This document shows positions 40,386 through 53,302 of a DNA stretch of 64,000 nucleotides, one piece after another. The notes under the pieces are model-generated. The model was given only the letters and a program-made list of their open reading frames with translations, was not told where the DNA came from and made no database searches. This stretch comes from Octopus sinensis (Eukaryota): the NCBI RefSeq assembly GCF_006345805.1, contig NC_043006.1:96906001-96970000 (forward strand), in the 5' to 3' direction. Both the position numbers and the translations under genes were made by a program. Position 1 is the stretch's first letter; each line of letters begins with the position of its first letter.

Positions 40386-40630
40386 CTGTGACCGAAAAGT
40401 AACAATGAGAAGCATGTGGAAAAAATGTCTTGCCACGTCGAGAAATATCAACAAAAACAACACCAGAAATACTGTCAACAAAAGCGAAAATAATGATAAT
40501 TTATACTACTACTACTACTACTACTTCTACTACTACTACTACTAGTACTACTACAACTACTACTACTACTACAACTACTATTAGCTCTAATAGTTTTCTT
40601 TATTAATATGTAAAAAAAATAATGTTAATA

Positions 40631-40685
<55 letters not shown>

Positions 40686-41127
40686 GTAATAATAACAACA
40701 GCAACACATATAATAAATTATAAGGACTTAGTTCAGTAAGAACCATATTAAAAATGTCAACAAAACCATCTGGTATTTAAAATTCAACTTCCGTACTACA
40801 TACATCTCCGTGGCAATTTCTTCTAAATTTATGCTTTGCCGAATTTATGTACTTATATGCATGATATTCTTTTATTGTTGCCGACGATTTAAGTGAACTT
40901 GCCGAACTATATATCCTTCTCTGAGCTGAAGAGAGGTTCAATATCGCCACCTGGATCTTGAGTACTTTTAGTTTCACCGAATCTTGCTACATGCAACCTA
41001 CTCACATTTTTTTTTCAGTTGCTGTTGAAGCTGAGAACCGGCCGATTTCACTTCACTCTATGAGGATCTGCAAAGGTCATTGCCAAGACGGCTTTTCATT
41101 CTAACTAGTCTGTAAAGAAATATATAT

Positions 41128-41325
41128 TTCTTTATTGCCCACAAGGGGCTAAACATAGGGAGGACAAACAAGGACAGACAAAGGGATTAAGTCGATTACA
41201 TCGACCCCAGTGCGAAAGGATGAAAGGCAAAGTCGACCTCGGCAGAATTTGAACTCAGAACGTAACGACAGACGAAATACCGCTAAGCATTCTGCGCGGC
41301 GCGCTAACGTATCGCCGCCTTTCTC
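41128..41325 (-). mobile_element. SINE family B, Tx1-type tail
   Basis: tttctttattgcccacaaggggctaaac...gtcgacctcggcagaatttgaactcagaacg. Confidence 0.85.
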
Positions 41326-41520
41326 TGTAAAGAAATATACCTGCATCTTATATACACATCGTGTATGAATAGATATGATTGTACACATGGATTCATTTAA
41401 ACATGCGAATATATGAATGTGTATATATATATATATGGAACGATTATTATATACGTGTGTGTATATACACACACACACGTTATACATATGCTTATGTGTG
41501 TGTACGTGTGTCTGTATACT

Positions 41521-41930
41521 CTTTTACTCTTTTACTTGTTTCAGTCATTTGACTGCGGCCATGCTGGAGCACCGCCTTTAGTCGAGAAAATCGACCCCGG
41601 GACTTATTCTTTGTAAGCCCAGTACTTATTCTATCGGTCTCTTTTGCCGAACCGCTAAGTGGCGGGGACGTAAACACACCAGCATCGGTTGTCAAGCAAT
41701 GCTAGGGGGACAAACACAGGCACACAAACATATACACACACACTTATATATATATACATATATACGACAGGCTTCTTTCAGTTTCCGTCTACCAAATCCA
41801 CTCACAAGGCATTGGTCGGCCCGGGGCTATAGCAGAAGACACTTGCCCAAGATGCCACGCAGTGGGACTGAACCCGGAACCATGTGGTTGGTAAGCAAGA
41901 TACTTACCACACAGCCACTCCTGCGCCTAT
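41521..41930 (-). mobile_element. SINE family A, young
   Basis: Near-consensus full-length copy. Confidence 0.92.
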
Positions 41931-42428
41931 ATTGTACACATATATTTAGTAATTGATAAAAAGGAAGACAAAACGAGAGTAAATTTCAACCAAGGTGTTA
42001 TTAGTTTAATGCTTAAAAGGAAGAGAGAGTGTATCTAACGTTTCGGGCGCAAGTCCTTCATTAGAAAAAAGAAAAGAAGATATAATGTGGAACAGACAAT
42101 GAAAAAAAGTGTGATGTATAAGCATTAAAGAATATTCCCCTATAAGGCCACAACTGATAACACGTTTACAATGCACTAAATCGTAAGGGAACAAACTTGC
42201 TTGTATATGCAGAAACTGTAAAATATTCTACAGAGTACTATATTTAGAATTAAAAAAACAGAAAAGCATTAGTTTCGCATTTCCTTCATAATTTGTTTTT
42301 CCAGAAGTATAAAATATCATTATTTGCATAAATACGTAATTATATAAATAATAATAATAATTCATGCCATTAAAATAATTAAATTAATTTATATTTTTCT
42401 GCTTTTTATCACATATATATATATATAT

Positions 42429-43201
42429 ATCAGGCCATCCCATAAGTTCTGTCCGAATTTTAAATAAAGAAAACAAATGATCAAATGTAATATTTATCTG
42501 AAATTTAATCATCAATATACTTTCCCTGATTATCTATGATTTCCTTCCATCTATTTACAAGCTTTTCATTCCCATCAATGCAAAAATTTTGGTTTCAAAG
42601 TGAAGAACTCTGAAATGGCAGTTTCGACCTCCTCCTTGCTTGCTTCTGTAAACTATGAAACAAATGGTAGTCTGAAGGAGCAAGGTCAGGAGAATAAAAT
42701 GGATGAGGAATTTTTTCCCAGCCAAGCTCTTCGATCTTCTGCGATGTGATCTTTGCAGTGTGGGGTCGCGCATTACTCCTTTTCGATTCACTAAAACAGG
42801 TGTTTTATTCTTCAAAACTTGGTTCAAACGCTCTAATTGCTGACAGTAGACTTGAGCATTGATTATTGCATTAGGTGGTAACAATTCAAAGTGAATTACT
42901 CCTTTGCAATCCCACCAGATAGAGAGAAGAACCTTTTCCCCATGAAGTTCCCTTCTCGGTTGTGGTTGAACTTTTTCCTTTTTACCGAGCCATTGTTTAC
43001 GACGTTTAACATTTCGATAGAAGATCCATTTTTCGTCACCAGTCACAAGTCTATCCAAAAAGGGTCAAATGAGTTCGCGAGAATGGAGAGAAGAGCAGAT
43101 GTCAACTCGGGATTTGTGGTTGCTTTCGGACAATTCATGGGGCACCCATGTCCAAGTTTAGGAATATATGACTGAAACAAGTAAAAGAAAAGAAAGATAA
43201 A

Positions 43202-43271
<70 letters not shown>

Positions 43272-44337
43272 CAAATATTAAGAAAATGGGGAGGATACAA
43301 ATCGACATACATCATCCGGTAGATATTCCAGTGTGTCTATTTATTCCAAAGCATTGGAAAATATTAGAAGAAAACATACACATGTAGTAACTATGTGTTA
43401 CACTCATATGTATTAATATTACAGAAAAAAGCAAAAGATCAGTCCCTTACGGCCGTTTCTACCAGGAAACAACGAAACACTCCATGCCATTCTACATTTC
43501 TTCAGTTTTCTGTAGGGATGGACAGATAAAGTTTGGATGATGAGTGTATCTCTAGGCTTCTTCAGAGGGTCTAAGTGGTTAGGAGGGCTAATACATATAA
43601 GAAACAGTTAACAATAGGTACAGTGTATTTGTCATTATTAAAAAGGGCAGAAAAAGAATAGGAGCAAATATGAGGTTGTGAGAGAAGTATAACTTATTAA
43701 AATGAATTAGGTATAGGAAGGGGAAATAAGCTACAAACTCCTGTGATGTATTCTAGGATCCATGTTACTTCGTCCAATGGTGGACAGGTGAGTATAGTCG
43801 TTCTTGGGAGGAGTTTTTAGGAAGGGTGAACTGAGGCAGTAGTTTGAAGATGACGATGGACAGTTGTATGGTTTAAACTAAGCTTTATTGCTAATACTTC
43901 ACAGATAATGCAGGATTTTCTTCAAGTAGTGCCTCAAGGAGCTCATCATGAAATTCAGCTGGACGTCCTGTTCGATCTTCACCTTCAAGGCTGAAATCTC
44001 CACTTCTGAATTTTGCAAACCATCTTCTGCAAGTTCTTTCATTCAAGCATTCTTTCCCATAAACTGAGAGTATATTTCGAGTCGCTTCGGCTGCAGAGTC
44101 TCCTTTTTTGGTACTCATAAAGCATTATGTGCCTCAAATGCTCTCTGGAGACTTCCATGTTAGAAACAGTTTTAATCAAAGAAATTTTAATTCTATTATT
44201 CTGTAACATAATATTTAATTAGTTTAAATGTACACAAATGTATAAAAATAGTTTTAAATTCCATTAGACATTCTAAAATACTATTAAATTTCATTCAATT
44301 TTAAAAAAAGGCAACAACTTATCGGATGACCTGATAT
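42429..44337 (-). mobile_element. Mariner (DD34D) with TIRs, disrupted by a ~680 bp insertion
   Basis: TIRs atcaggccatcccataagtt / aacttatcggatgacctgat in TA context; MEVSREHLRHIMLYE, WVPHEL and VTGDEKW motifs. Confidence 0.9.
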
Positions 44338-44344
44338 ATATCTG

Positions 44345-44900
44345 TACGATATCTGATCAAAATGTATAGGGAGTGTTACAATGATAACAGGGTTATAATG
44401 CTACAATACACTGAGTGAAGCCACTTAATATAGATTGACCTTGAACACTGTCGCGAATGCACAATACATTATAACGTCCTCGCTCATGTCCGTTATTTAT
44501 AGCAGTGCTTGGAAGTAAAGTGTGTTGAGTGTCTCAGAAAGAAGATCGGGTTTCAACTGCGAAGGATCTCTTTGATTGTGTCGAGGAAGATGAAAACTTT
44601 TTGAAAACGATCATCACAGGTAACAACTCGTAAGTCTATGCTTATAACCCTGAAACCCAAGCTTGACGGGAATTCCACTTGAAAGGAACCCTATTTTAAG
44701 GTGTCGAGGAAATTCAAGAGAGTGCGATGAGGCAGCTACTCGCTAGCTTCAAAAAGGAGTTCCAGGAATGTTTCCATCGATGGAAACGACGCTAGGTAAA
44801 GTGTGTGGCTTCAGAAGAGAATACTTCGAAGAATAATAAATGCCGCATTGACATGTGTTGATTTTCTTTCTATAGCGCCAGTCCCTATACTTTTTGATCA
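44345..44900 (+). mobile_element. Deleted mariner related to 30096-31364
   Basis: TIR tacgatatctgatcaaaa; FLKTIITG and FQECFHRWKR remnants. Confidence 0.75.
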
Positions 44901-44946
<46 letters not shown>

Positions 44947-45764
44947 GAAGTCTGATCAAAAAGTATGGGGACTGGCGCTATATATATATACATGTATGAG
45001 TATGCATGTGTGTATACATACACACACACACACACATATAATGGATGCGTGTGTATGCATATGTATGTATACATATATATGGATGGATGTGTATATGTAT
45101 GTGCGTATAACGGACCTTGACAACTGGAATTACCTGAACAAGCTCCGGGTTGTTTTTCTCTCTAACACCATGCGTGACGGCTACATCCTTTATACAATGT
45201 GCGAGTCATTACACCAACATTGCCTAAACGATGCTAGCATTGACTTTAAAGGTCACCGAAAGCTGGCACTCGTCCCATGTGCTGGCTTCAATAATCAAGT
45301 CCACGGTAGGAAATAAAACAATGACGGCGTCGATGACACATATTAGTCATTCAAAACTACAGAAAACTGTTAACTTCACTTAACCCTGCATTAGTCATCT
45401 CGGACTTCCGAAAATGGATTAAGTGTGTGAATCTGAGAGGGGAATATGGTGAATAAAATCGTAATTACTGGTTTTCCTGTCCTTTCTTTTTATTTTTTAC
45501 CCAAAGCCAGGAACTTTATATATAGCCCTTTATATAGCCTTTTATATATAGCTTCGTATACAGTCCTTACCTTTCACTATGATTCCCAACTGGTTGAAAT
45601 AAAAGCGACTGAGCTACAACGGCACCACAGCGCGTGCTACACACCCTCACTGAGTCAGGAAAGTAGTGGGAGGGAGCAAAAGAAACAAATTGTCAACGAG
45701 GAATTACGAGCACTTAAAAATTTGGGGGTGACAAAACACCCAATGTGACTAATTATTTATTTAC

Positions 45765-46155
45765 TCTTTTTCTCTTTTACTTGTTTCAGTCATTTGACTG
45801 CGGCCATGCTGGAGCACCGCCTTTAGTCGAGCAAATCGAGGGAATTATTCTTTGTACGCCCAGTACTTATTCTATCGGTCTCTTTTGCCGAACCGCTAAG
45901 TGACGGGGACGTAAACACACCAGCATCGGTTGTCAAGCAATGCTAGGGGGACAAACACACACACACATACATATATATATATACATATATACGACAGGCT
46001 TCTTTCAGTTTCCGTCTACCAAATCCACTCACAAGGCATTGGTCGCCCCGGGGCTATAGCAGAAGACACTTGCCCAAGATGCCACGCAGTGGGACTGAAC
46101 CCGGAACCATGTGGTTGGTTAGCAAGCTACTTACCACACAGCCACTCCTGCGCCT
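45765..46155 (-). mobile_element. SINE family A, young
   Basis: Near-consensus copy. Confidence 0.92.
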
Positions 46156-47715
46156 CAAATTTGGTGTTGAAAGTTAAATTCTGTGTGATTTTTGAAAAGC
46201 TAATGTGTCTTCCACACTATAATTTGTAACTGTCTCAATTTCAGCACATGGTGTCAGGTCAAATCACTTACCAGACATGTACATCTCTGAAAAATGATTA
46301 TATTTATATATATTACAAGTCTAAAATTCAGGGGAAATGGAAAAAAGTTCAAATTCGGTTGTCCCAAAGAACTGCAGAAATCTGAAACGCTGCCTTCAAA
46401 AAGCAATGAATGTTGTATATTAGTTGAATTCGTTTATCTCAAGTTTGAAATTATTTGATCGATTAAATCCCTTGTTTCTAAATTAAAATACATGGCAGAG
46501 CAGGGGTCTTTTAAGTTGGGCTACCAATTTTCAGTCTCTTCAATTCCTGCTTGAATTGATTTCATAGCCGGTGTAATGATGGTTTCATATGCCAATCACT
46601 GCTTGGAAATTTATCTTCGCAATAATTCAATAAATAAAGAGTTATTAGTTTTTAAGTTTGCAAATTTTTGGTAATTTTAGCCAAATTCTGTTACCTGACC
46701 GGTTGAATATTATCAAACTTTAAATCTCTATAAGTTTAAATTTTTTTTTTTTAATGAAAAATGTGAAATATCTCATGAGATTCAGCTTGGAAAACTACAT
46801 TAATGTACCAAATTTTAAAATTTTCAGTCAACTTTGAATTTTCGACAATTAACAGCCAAACTGAAAAGATCCCAGAGCACGCTAGCGATACGTGTAAACT
46901 TAACGTATTTCACATGCAGAATTATCATGATATAGTGATACAGCGTGTGACAAGGCTGTGGTTATTATTTTTGTTAATAAAAGATACTAGCCACCCTTCG
47001 AACCTCTATAAGATTTCCAAACTACCTATTTTCCCTTATTAAGCAATAGAAAATTATATTCGCCCAAGATGGCACGCGGTAAGATCGAACTTGGGAATTA
47101 GTTGTTGCTGCAAAGCTATTGACTTAATCATTTTGTCATACTGTACAATCGCAATAAGTTATACAATAATACAGTTATTCCTCTTACACAATAAGTCCTC
47201 TCATTAAGACAGTAGAACGAATTATTGTTTTTAGCAGACTCGAGATTTCCCCGGTGTCTTGAGTGTATACAACGTTAATGTAAGTGGTAAGTGCTGTAAA
47301 TAAGGTTGACACTGACTTAAATCAACGGGAATCGGTTCCATCTGCGCTTTCATCACGAGTTTAGCTGGTACAAACCGTGATTATATGGGACGGTGATGGT
47401 TTATAAGTGGCACCGATAAAGGTTTCTAAGTGGGATTCTAAAAGCCGTACGTTGGGTGGTAAGAGCAAAAGGTGGAGCATCAAAACGAAAGAGTGCGAAA
47501 GCTGGAGTGATAAAGAGTTGTATGTGTGTGTAGGCGGTGGCGGTGGAGGACGATTAGGTGGTTGTAAAAAATGTATATAGGAGGTTGTGAGGTGAGGTGA
47601 GGTGAGATCAGAGAGAGAAAAATAAAGGGAGAGAAATATAGTGATTAATAGAGTTAAAATGGCTTGTGGGGCTAAACAGAAATATTAACGTATACACACG
47701 CCCACATATAAATTT

Positions 47716-47759
<44 letters not shown>

Positions 47760-47846
47760 TTAGGGTAGAAATTGATATTTATCAATTAGAACCAGTGGTC
47801 TAGCATATTAAAAAAAGAATCCGAAGATTAAAATATTTATATATAC

Positions 47847-48046
47847 CAATTAAGGACTGAACACGAAAAGTGGACAGTCAACATGCTAGATATAGACGTC
47901 AAATCGTCATTCCACACAAAAGATTATGTTCTCAGATCAGAGATTATGTTCTCTAATCTGAGAACATAATCTTTTCTGGAGAATGACGATTTGACGTCTA
48001 TATCTAGCATGTTGACTGTCCACTTTTCGTGTTCAGTCCTTAATTG
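47847..48046. repeat. Near-perfect fold-back palindrome
   Basis: caattaaggactgaacacg...cgtgttcagtccttaattg; duplicated agattatgttctc in the loop. Confidence 0.92.
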
Positions 48047-48564
48047 ATATATATTAATATATATATATATATAAATATATTTCATACATACATACATACC
48101 TACATACATACACACACACAAACTCACACACATACACAAATACACCATTAAAGTGTTCCTCTCTACCGAAATCTTTAGTAAAAGGCGAAAGATTTATCCA
48201 CACGGTATGAATAAAAAAAAAACGCATATATATTGGCGTGTGAATGTGTGCGTGTATAAATAAACAGGTATTGGAGCTAAAGGGAAAGGAAATTAATAAA
48301 CAGAAGGGAATGTGTAAGTGTGAGCATTTCAGAAGGACAAACTGAATGAAAGAGTATCAATAAGAAATACGAAGGAAACGGAAATAATAACATTGATGTG
48401 TATTATTGAAAAGCGGTAGGCAGACATTAGGGAAAACACTTGAGTTGTGGATACATACAGAGAGAGAAAAGAAGATCTACACACGCATGCTTATATCTAA
48501 ATGATATATACATACACATATGAATATGAATATATATCTATATATATATATATATATATATATT

Positions 48565-48622
48565 TGCCGACCAATGCTTTGTGAGTGAATTTGGTAGACG
48601 GAAACTGAAAGAAGCCTGTGTC

Positions 48623-48706
<84 letters not shown>

Positions 48707-48945
48707 TGTGTGTTGGTGTGTGTGTGTGTTGTGTTGGTGGTCTGTGTTTGTCCCCTAGCATTGCTTGACAACCGATGCTGGTGTGTTTACGTCCCCGTCA
48801 CTTAGCGGTTCGGCAAAAGAGACCGATAGAATAAGTTACTGGGCTTACAAGAATAAGTCCGGGGTCGATTTGCTCGACTAAAGGCCGTGCTCAGCATGGT
48901 CGCAGTCAAATGACTGAAACAAGTAAAAGAAAAGAAAGATAAAAG
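48565..48945 (+). mobile_element. SINE family A, 5' truncated
   Basis: gccgaccaatgc...ggaaactgaaagaagcc...tgactgaaacaagtaaaag. Confidence 0.85.
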
Positions 48946-49550
48946 ATATATATATATATATATAATATATATATATATATAAGGGCAAATATTAAGAAAA
49001 TGGGAGGATACAATCGACATACTCATCCGGTAGATATTCCAGTGTGTCTATTATTCCAAGCATTGGAAAATTTAGAAGAAAGAAAAACACACATGTAGTA
49101 ACTATGTGTTACACTCACATGTATTAATATTACAGAAAAAAGAACAAAAGATCAGTCCCTTACGGCCGTTTCTACCAAGAGACAACGAAACACTCCATGC
49201 CATTCTACATTTCTGTAGGGATGGACAGATAAAGTTTGGATGATGAGTGTATCTCTAGGCTTCTTCAGGGGGGGTCTAAGTGGTTAGGAGGGCTAATACA
49301 TATAAGAAACAGTTAACAATAGGTACAGTGTATTTGTCATTATTAAAAAGGGCAGAAAAAGAATAGGAGCAAATATGAGGTTGTGAGAGAAGTATACTTA
49401 TTAAAATGAATAGGTTATAGGAAGGGGAAATAAGCTACAAACTCCTGTGATGTATTCTAGGATCCATGTTACTTCGTCCAATGGTGGACAGGTGAGTATA
49501 GTCGTTCTTGGGAGGAGTTTTTAGGAAGGGTGAACTTACGCAGTAGTTTG
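48910..49550 (+). repeat. Segment duplicated at 43168-43846
   Basis: Colinear near-identical sequence, including the SINE tail and the TA tract. Confidence 0.92.
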
Positions 49551-50260
49551 CATTATTTTTACACAGAAATTCACATTATATTTACATAGACATACAGTGG
49601 TGGATTTGAAGATATGGTCCGTGTTACGGAGGTAAAAGTTCATATGTAAAATGCCAGCTAGTAAGTGCAAAGTTGCGGATGGTATGGCATAAGTGTGAAC
49701 CCATCATGGGAAAAGTGGTATATAAGTGTACTAACGAGAGTATGGAACCAGGTGGTGACTAAAGTGCGGTGTTAGTGTTCGTTAGTCTCTGAATCCCTTT
49801 ATGTAGTGGGGCGGGGGGTCATGGTCAGTCCTACAACCTAACTGGTCAACAATTTGTTTTGAAAACCATGACGCGGTTCCGGTTCATTGATGGTTAACAG
49901 ATAAGACAAAACAAATCAAATAAATATTTTGGAAAACATCTCGGGAAGTTTGTCGCTTATTTCCCCATCCTATACCTAATTCATTATAAGTTGTGTTCTA
50001 TGGACACGTATGTAAATCTTGAGGCCTACTTGTGCCTTGACAACCTTCTGGCAAAGGGAACAAAGTTGAGAACTTAGTTAACTCGCTTGTTTATGGATCA
50101 TTCACTATGAGTTTTCTTGAATGGACGGCAAGACATAATTTGGTTCGTGCCACAAAACCACAATGACAAGTCAGCTTTCTACTTAGAAGAACAGCGTATT
50201 GCCAGCGTGCGTTCATGCTTGCACGAAGTTGGTCAAGTGTATATCTATGACCATATAATA

Positions 50261-50657
50261 TACTAGCAGTATCGCCCGGCGTTGCTCGGGTTTGTAAGGG
50301 AAATAACTATATAAGCATTTTTAGAGAGTTATAGCCAAAAATAGCAAGCAATGGCATTAAAAATGGAAAAAAATTATGGTAAATTTTTTTTAAATCGTTG
50401 ACTCATCGTAGATATTTTTAGAGAGTTACTTCCCTTATATAATAGCGAAAAAAATGCATTAAAATGGAAAACAATTATGGTAATTTTTTTAAAATCGTAG
50501 ACTCATCGTAGACGCGCGCTAATACCCAGAAGGGCTCGATATGAATCACGACTATAAGATACCCGGTTTTGGTTAAACTTCACCGCAAAATGTGGGAGTA
50601 GTTAGGAATCTAAATCGTAGGAGACAGATACACAACTTCACTTTTATATATAAAGAT
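50261..50657 (+). mobile_element. Helitron/HINE-like non-autonomous element
   Basis: tactagcagtatcgcccggcgttgctcggg ... cttttatatataaagat; contains an internal tandem duplication. Confidence 0.65.
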
Positions 50658-50922
50658 ATACCACTCACCATGCTAGACCGCTAAAAACTACAAGTTCTGT
50701 CCATTCTCTCTGTGTTTATTCTCTCTTATTCCCTTCTTCTAAAGAGCGTATGTTCGAAACGTACGAGCGTCAAACGAATACACTTGCTTGTTGCACATAG
50801 ACCTGTCTTCGTCTTTTGTTTCTCGATAAATTTCAACTATATGTGTGTATGTGGGGGGTGGATATATAAACATTATTGTCCCTAAATCTCTGAACGAGAG
50901 ATATTCAGTAGCAGTACTTTAA

Positions 50923-51171
50923 AGTAACGCTTATTTGCCAACCTAATGTGGCAGTCAAGTTTGGGACGAATACTACTGTTGTTTAGCCCCAGGAGACATC
51001 GTCTCCAGTTGGCTATACGACACACAGTCTGTGTCCTTATATATTCGAAAATATAAGGACACAGATCGCGTGTCCGTATAGCCAGTTGGAGACGATGTCT
51101 CCTGGGGCTAAACAACAGTAGCAATCGTCCCAAACTCGCCTGCCACATTAGGTTGGCAAATAAGCGTTACT
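50923..51171. repeat. Fold-back palindrome, ~120 bp arms
   Basis: agtaacgcttatttgccaacc...ggttggcaaataagcgttact. Confidence 0.92.
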
Positions 51172-51182
51172 CTATATATATA

Positions 51183-51230
<48 letters not shown>

Positions 51231-52354
51231 TATTATTATTGTTTTTACATATTTTGTATTCATATTCGTGTAACATCCTATGTTTTTTCGTCTTTGTTTT
51301 GTATACATTCGAGGCTCTCTTCCAAGGAATCTAATGCGCTTAGCTTAGATTTTCCTTGGGGCGGGCCAGATCGGAGCAATCTCAAGATTAATCAGCCGAA
51401 ATTGCGAGGATGTTCCGGTTCTTGACTGAAGATTGAAGACTTCGAATGTCCTGTCCATGTTTTTTGTATCGTCTTCTAAATGTTTTGCGTTCTTGTCCCA
51501 GTTTGTATTTTTACATATATATATATAGTAACGTTTGTATGTATGTATATTTATATGTAAATATAATATGTATGTATGTATGCATGCATGTATGTATGCA
51601 TGCATGTATGTATGTATGCATGTATGCATGTATGTATATATGTATGTAAGTATATTACCACAGGCTGGGAACCACTGCCCTGTGAAGTTGTTATATTTAG
51701 ACCCATCTAATTTCGTATTATTTATAGAATGAGGTTAATGAAAAAATTCCACCATTAGGCAAATGAAATGTGCTTTGTGAGGTGTGTGTGTATCCATTAC
51801 GACATGTATATCGTCATCATATTTGGTATATATTAAGACATCACTAGGTTTGTTATTGAAGGCGTATAGAAAACCGCGAGTCATAAAAGAGACCCCCCCC
51901 CCTCAAATAAAAAGAAAAAAACGCATTACGATCTCTTTTAAGAGTCGTACAACCTCATTCGATTCAACACTAAAAATTTCCCTCGTATTAGCTTCTATCG
52001 CAATTTCGATTCAGCAGGGAAATATGTGTTTTTTAAAGCGTATACACTCTCCACATATTATATATAATATTTGAACAAAACAAAACTTATACGACATGAT
52101 GGCATTATGGACAAAGTTATTATAAATTAAATTACATCATACTTAAACTCTAGATTACGATTCAATGAGGCCACTAATCCAATGATTTGTTTCGCCATTC
52201 TATGGTTGTTTTTTCTTAGTTATTTTTATATTAGATTAAGATCACGCTTTTAACTACTTAATAATATCATTTAAGATCCATGCTGATATACAGTAATTGT
52301 TAAAGAAAACAATGTAAAACTTAATTAGCACACAGAGCTTATATGAATACATAC

Positions 52355-52445
<91 letters not shown>

Positions 52446-53254
52446 CAATACACACACACACATATACATACATATATATATATATTACAGACAAACACAC
52501 ACACACACAACATATATATATATATATATATATATACTATATATATATACATATATATATATATGGCTGCACACCCATTTATACACATATCAAGTTGTTT
52601 TATCTCAAGGGGTTTGATCGCTCATATTCTATGAGTATTTATGTGTGTGTGTGTGTGTATATATATATATGTCTACCTTTGAAATCCATAGCCATTCTTA
52701 CTTACGAAAATGTATACTTAAGAACGTTTATAGATACATACATATATATTCACACATAAAGGTACACACACATATCCATATATATGTACGTATAAGGATA
52801 TATGCATGCACGTATGCATTATTTGTTTGTGTGTGTGTGTGTGTGTGCATGCTTATGTTTGCATGTATGTATCACGATATTGGCTAGAGTATCGGATATT
52901 GTTATTCATCGCTGGTCACAATGCGCTTCGCATTGTTTTAATTTTCGAATGACGCTACCCCGCTGGCTAGTTGAGCAGACCATCAATCCGTTGATACGAA
53001 GGCTATTCTGTCACAGGTTCACACGTTTAGAGCTGAATCGGATTGGAGTAACGCGAAGTGGAGTGTTTTGCTGAAGAACAAATCTTGCCACCCGGTCCGG
53101 AATTCGAACCCATAGTCTAGCGACCTTGAGTGCAATACCTTAACCTCGAGGCCACGCGCCTTCGCATGTGTGAATATACTTACAGGTATATGGCTAAGCT
53201 CATGGAAATAAGTGAAATATATTGACTTACAACACACACACACACACACACACG

Positions 53255-53287
<33 letters not shown>

Positions 53288-53302
53288 CACATACACACAC
53301 AC

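Noticed and set aside
40880-41050. Minus-strand open frame SEVKSAGSQLQQQLKKN...
   Set aside because: Ambiguous acceptor and donor, and the stronger upstream acceptor gives stops in all frames; insufficient support.
47238-47279. Plus-strand 42-nt exon candidate (TRDFPGVLSVYNVN) with good splice sites
   Set aside because: Isolated, no recognisable homology, within chance expectation.
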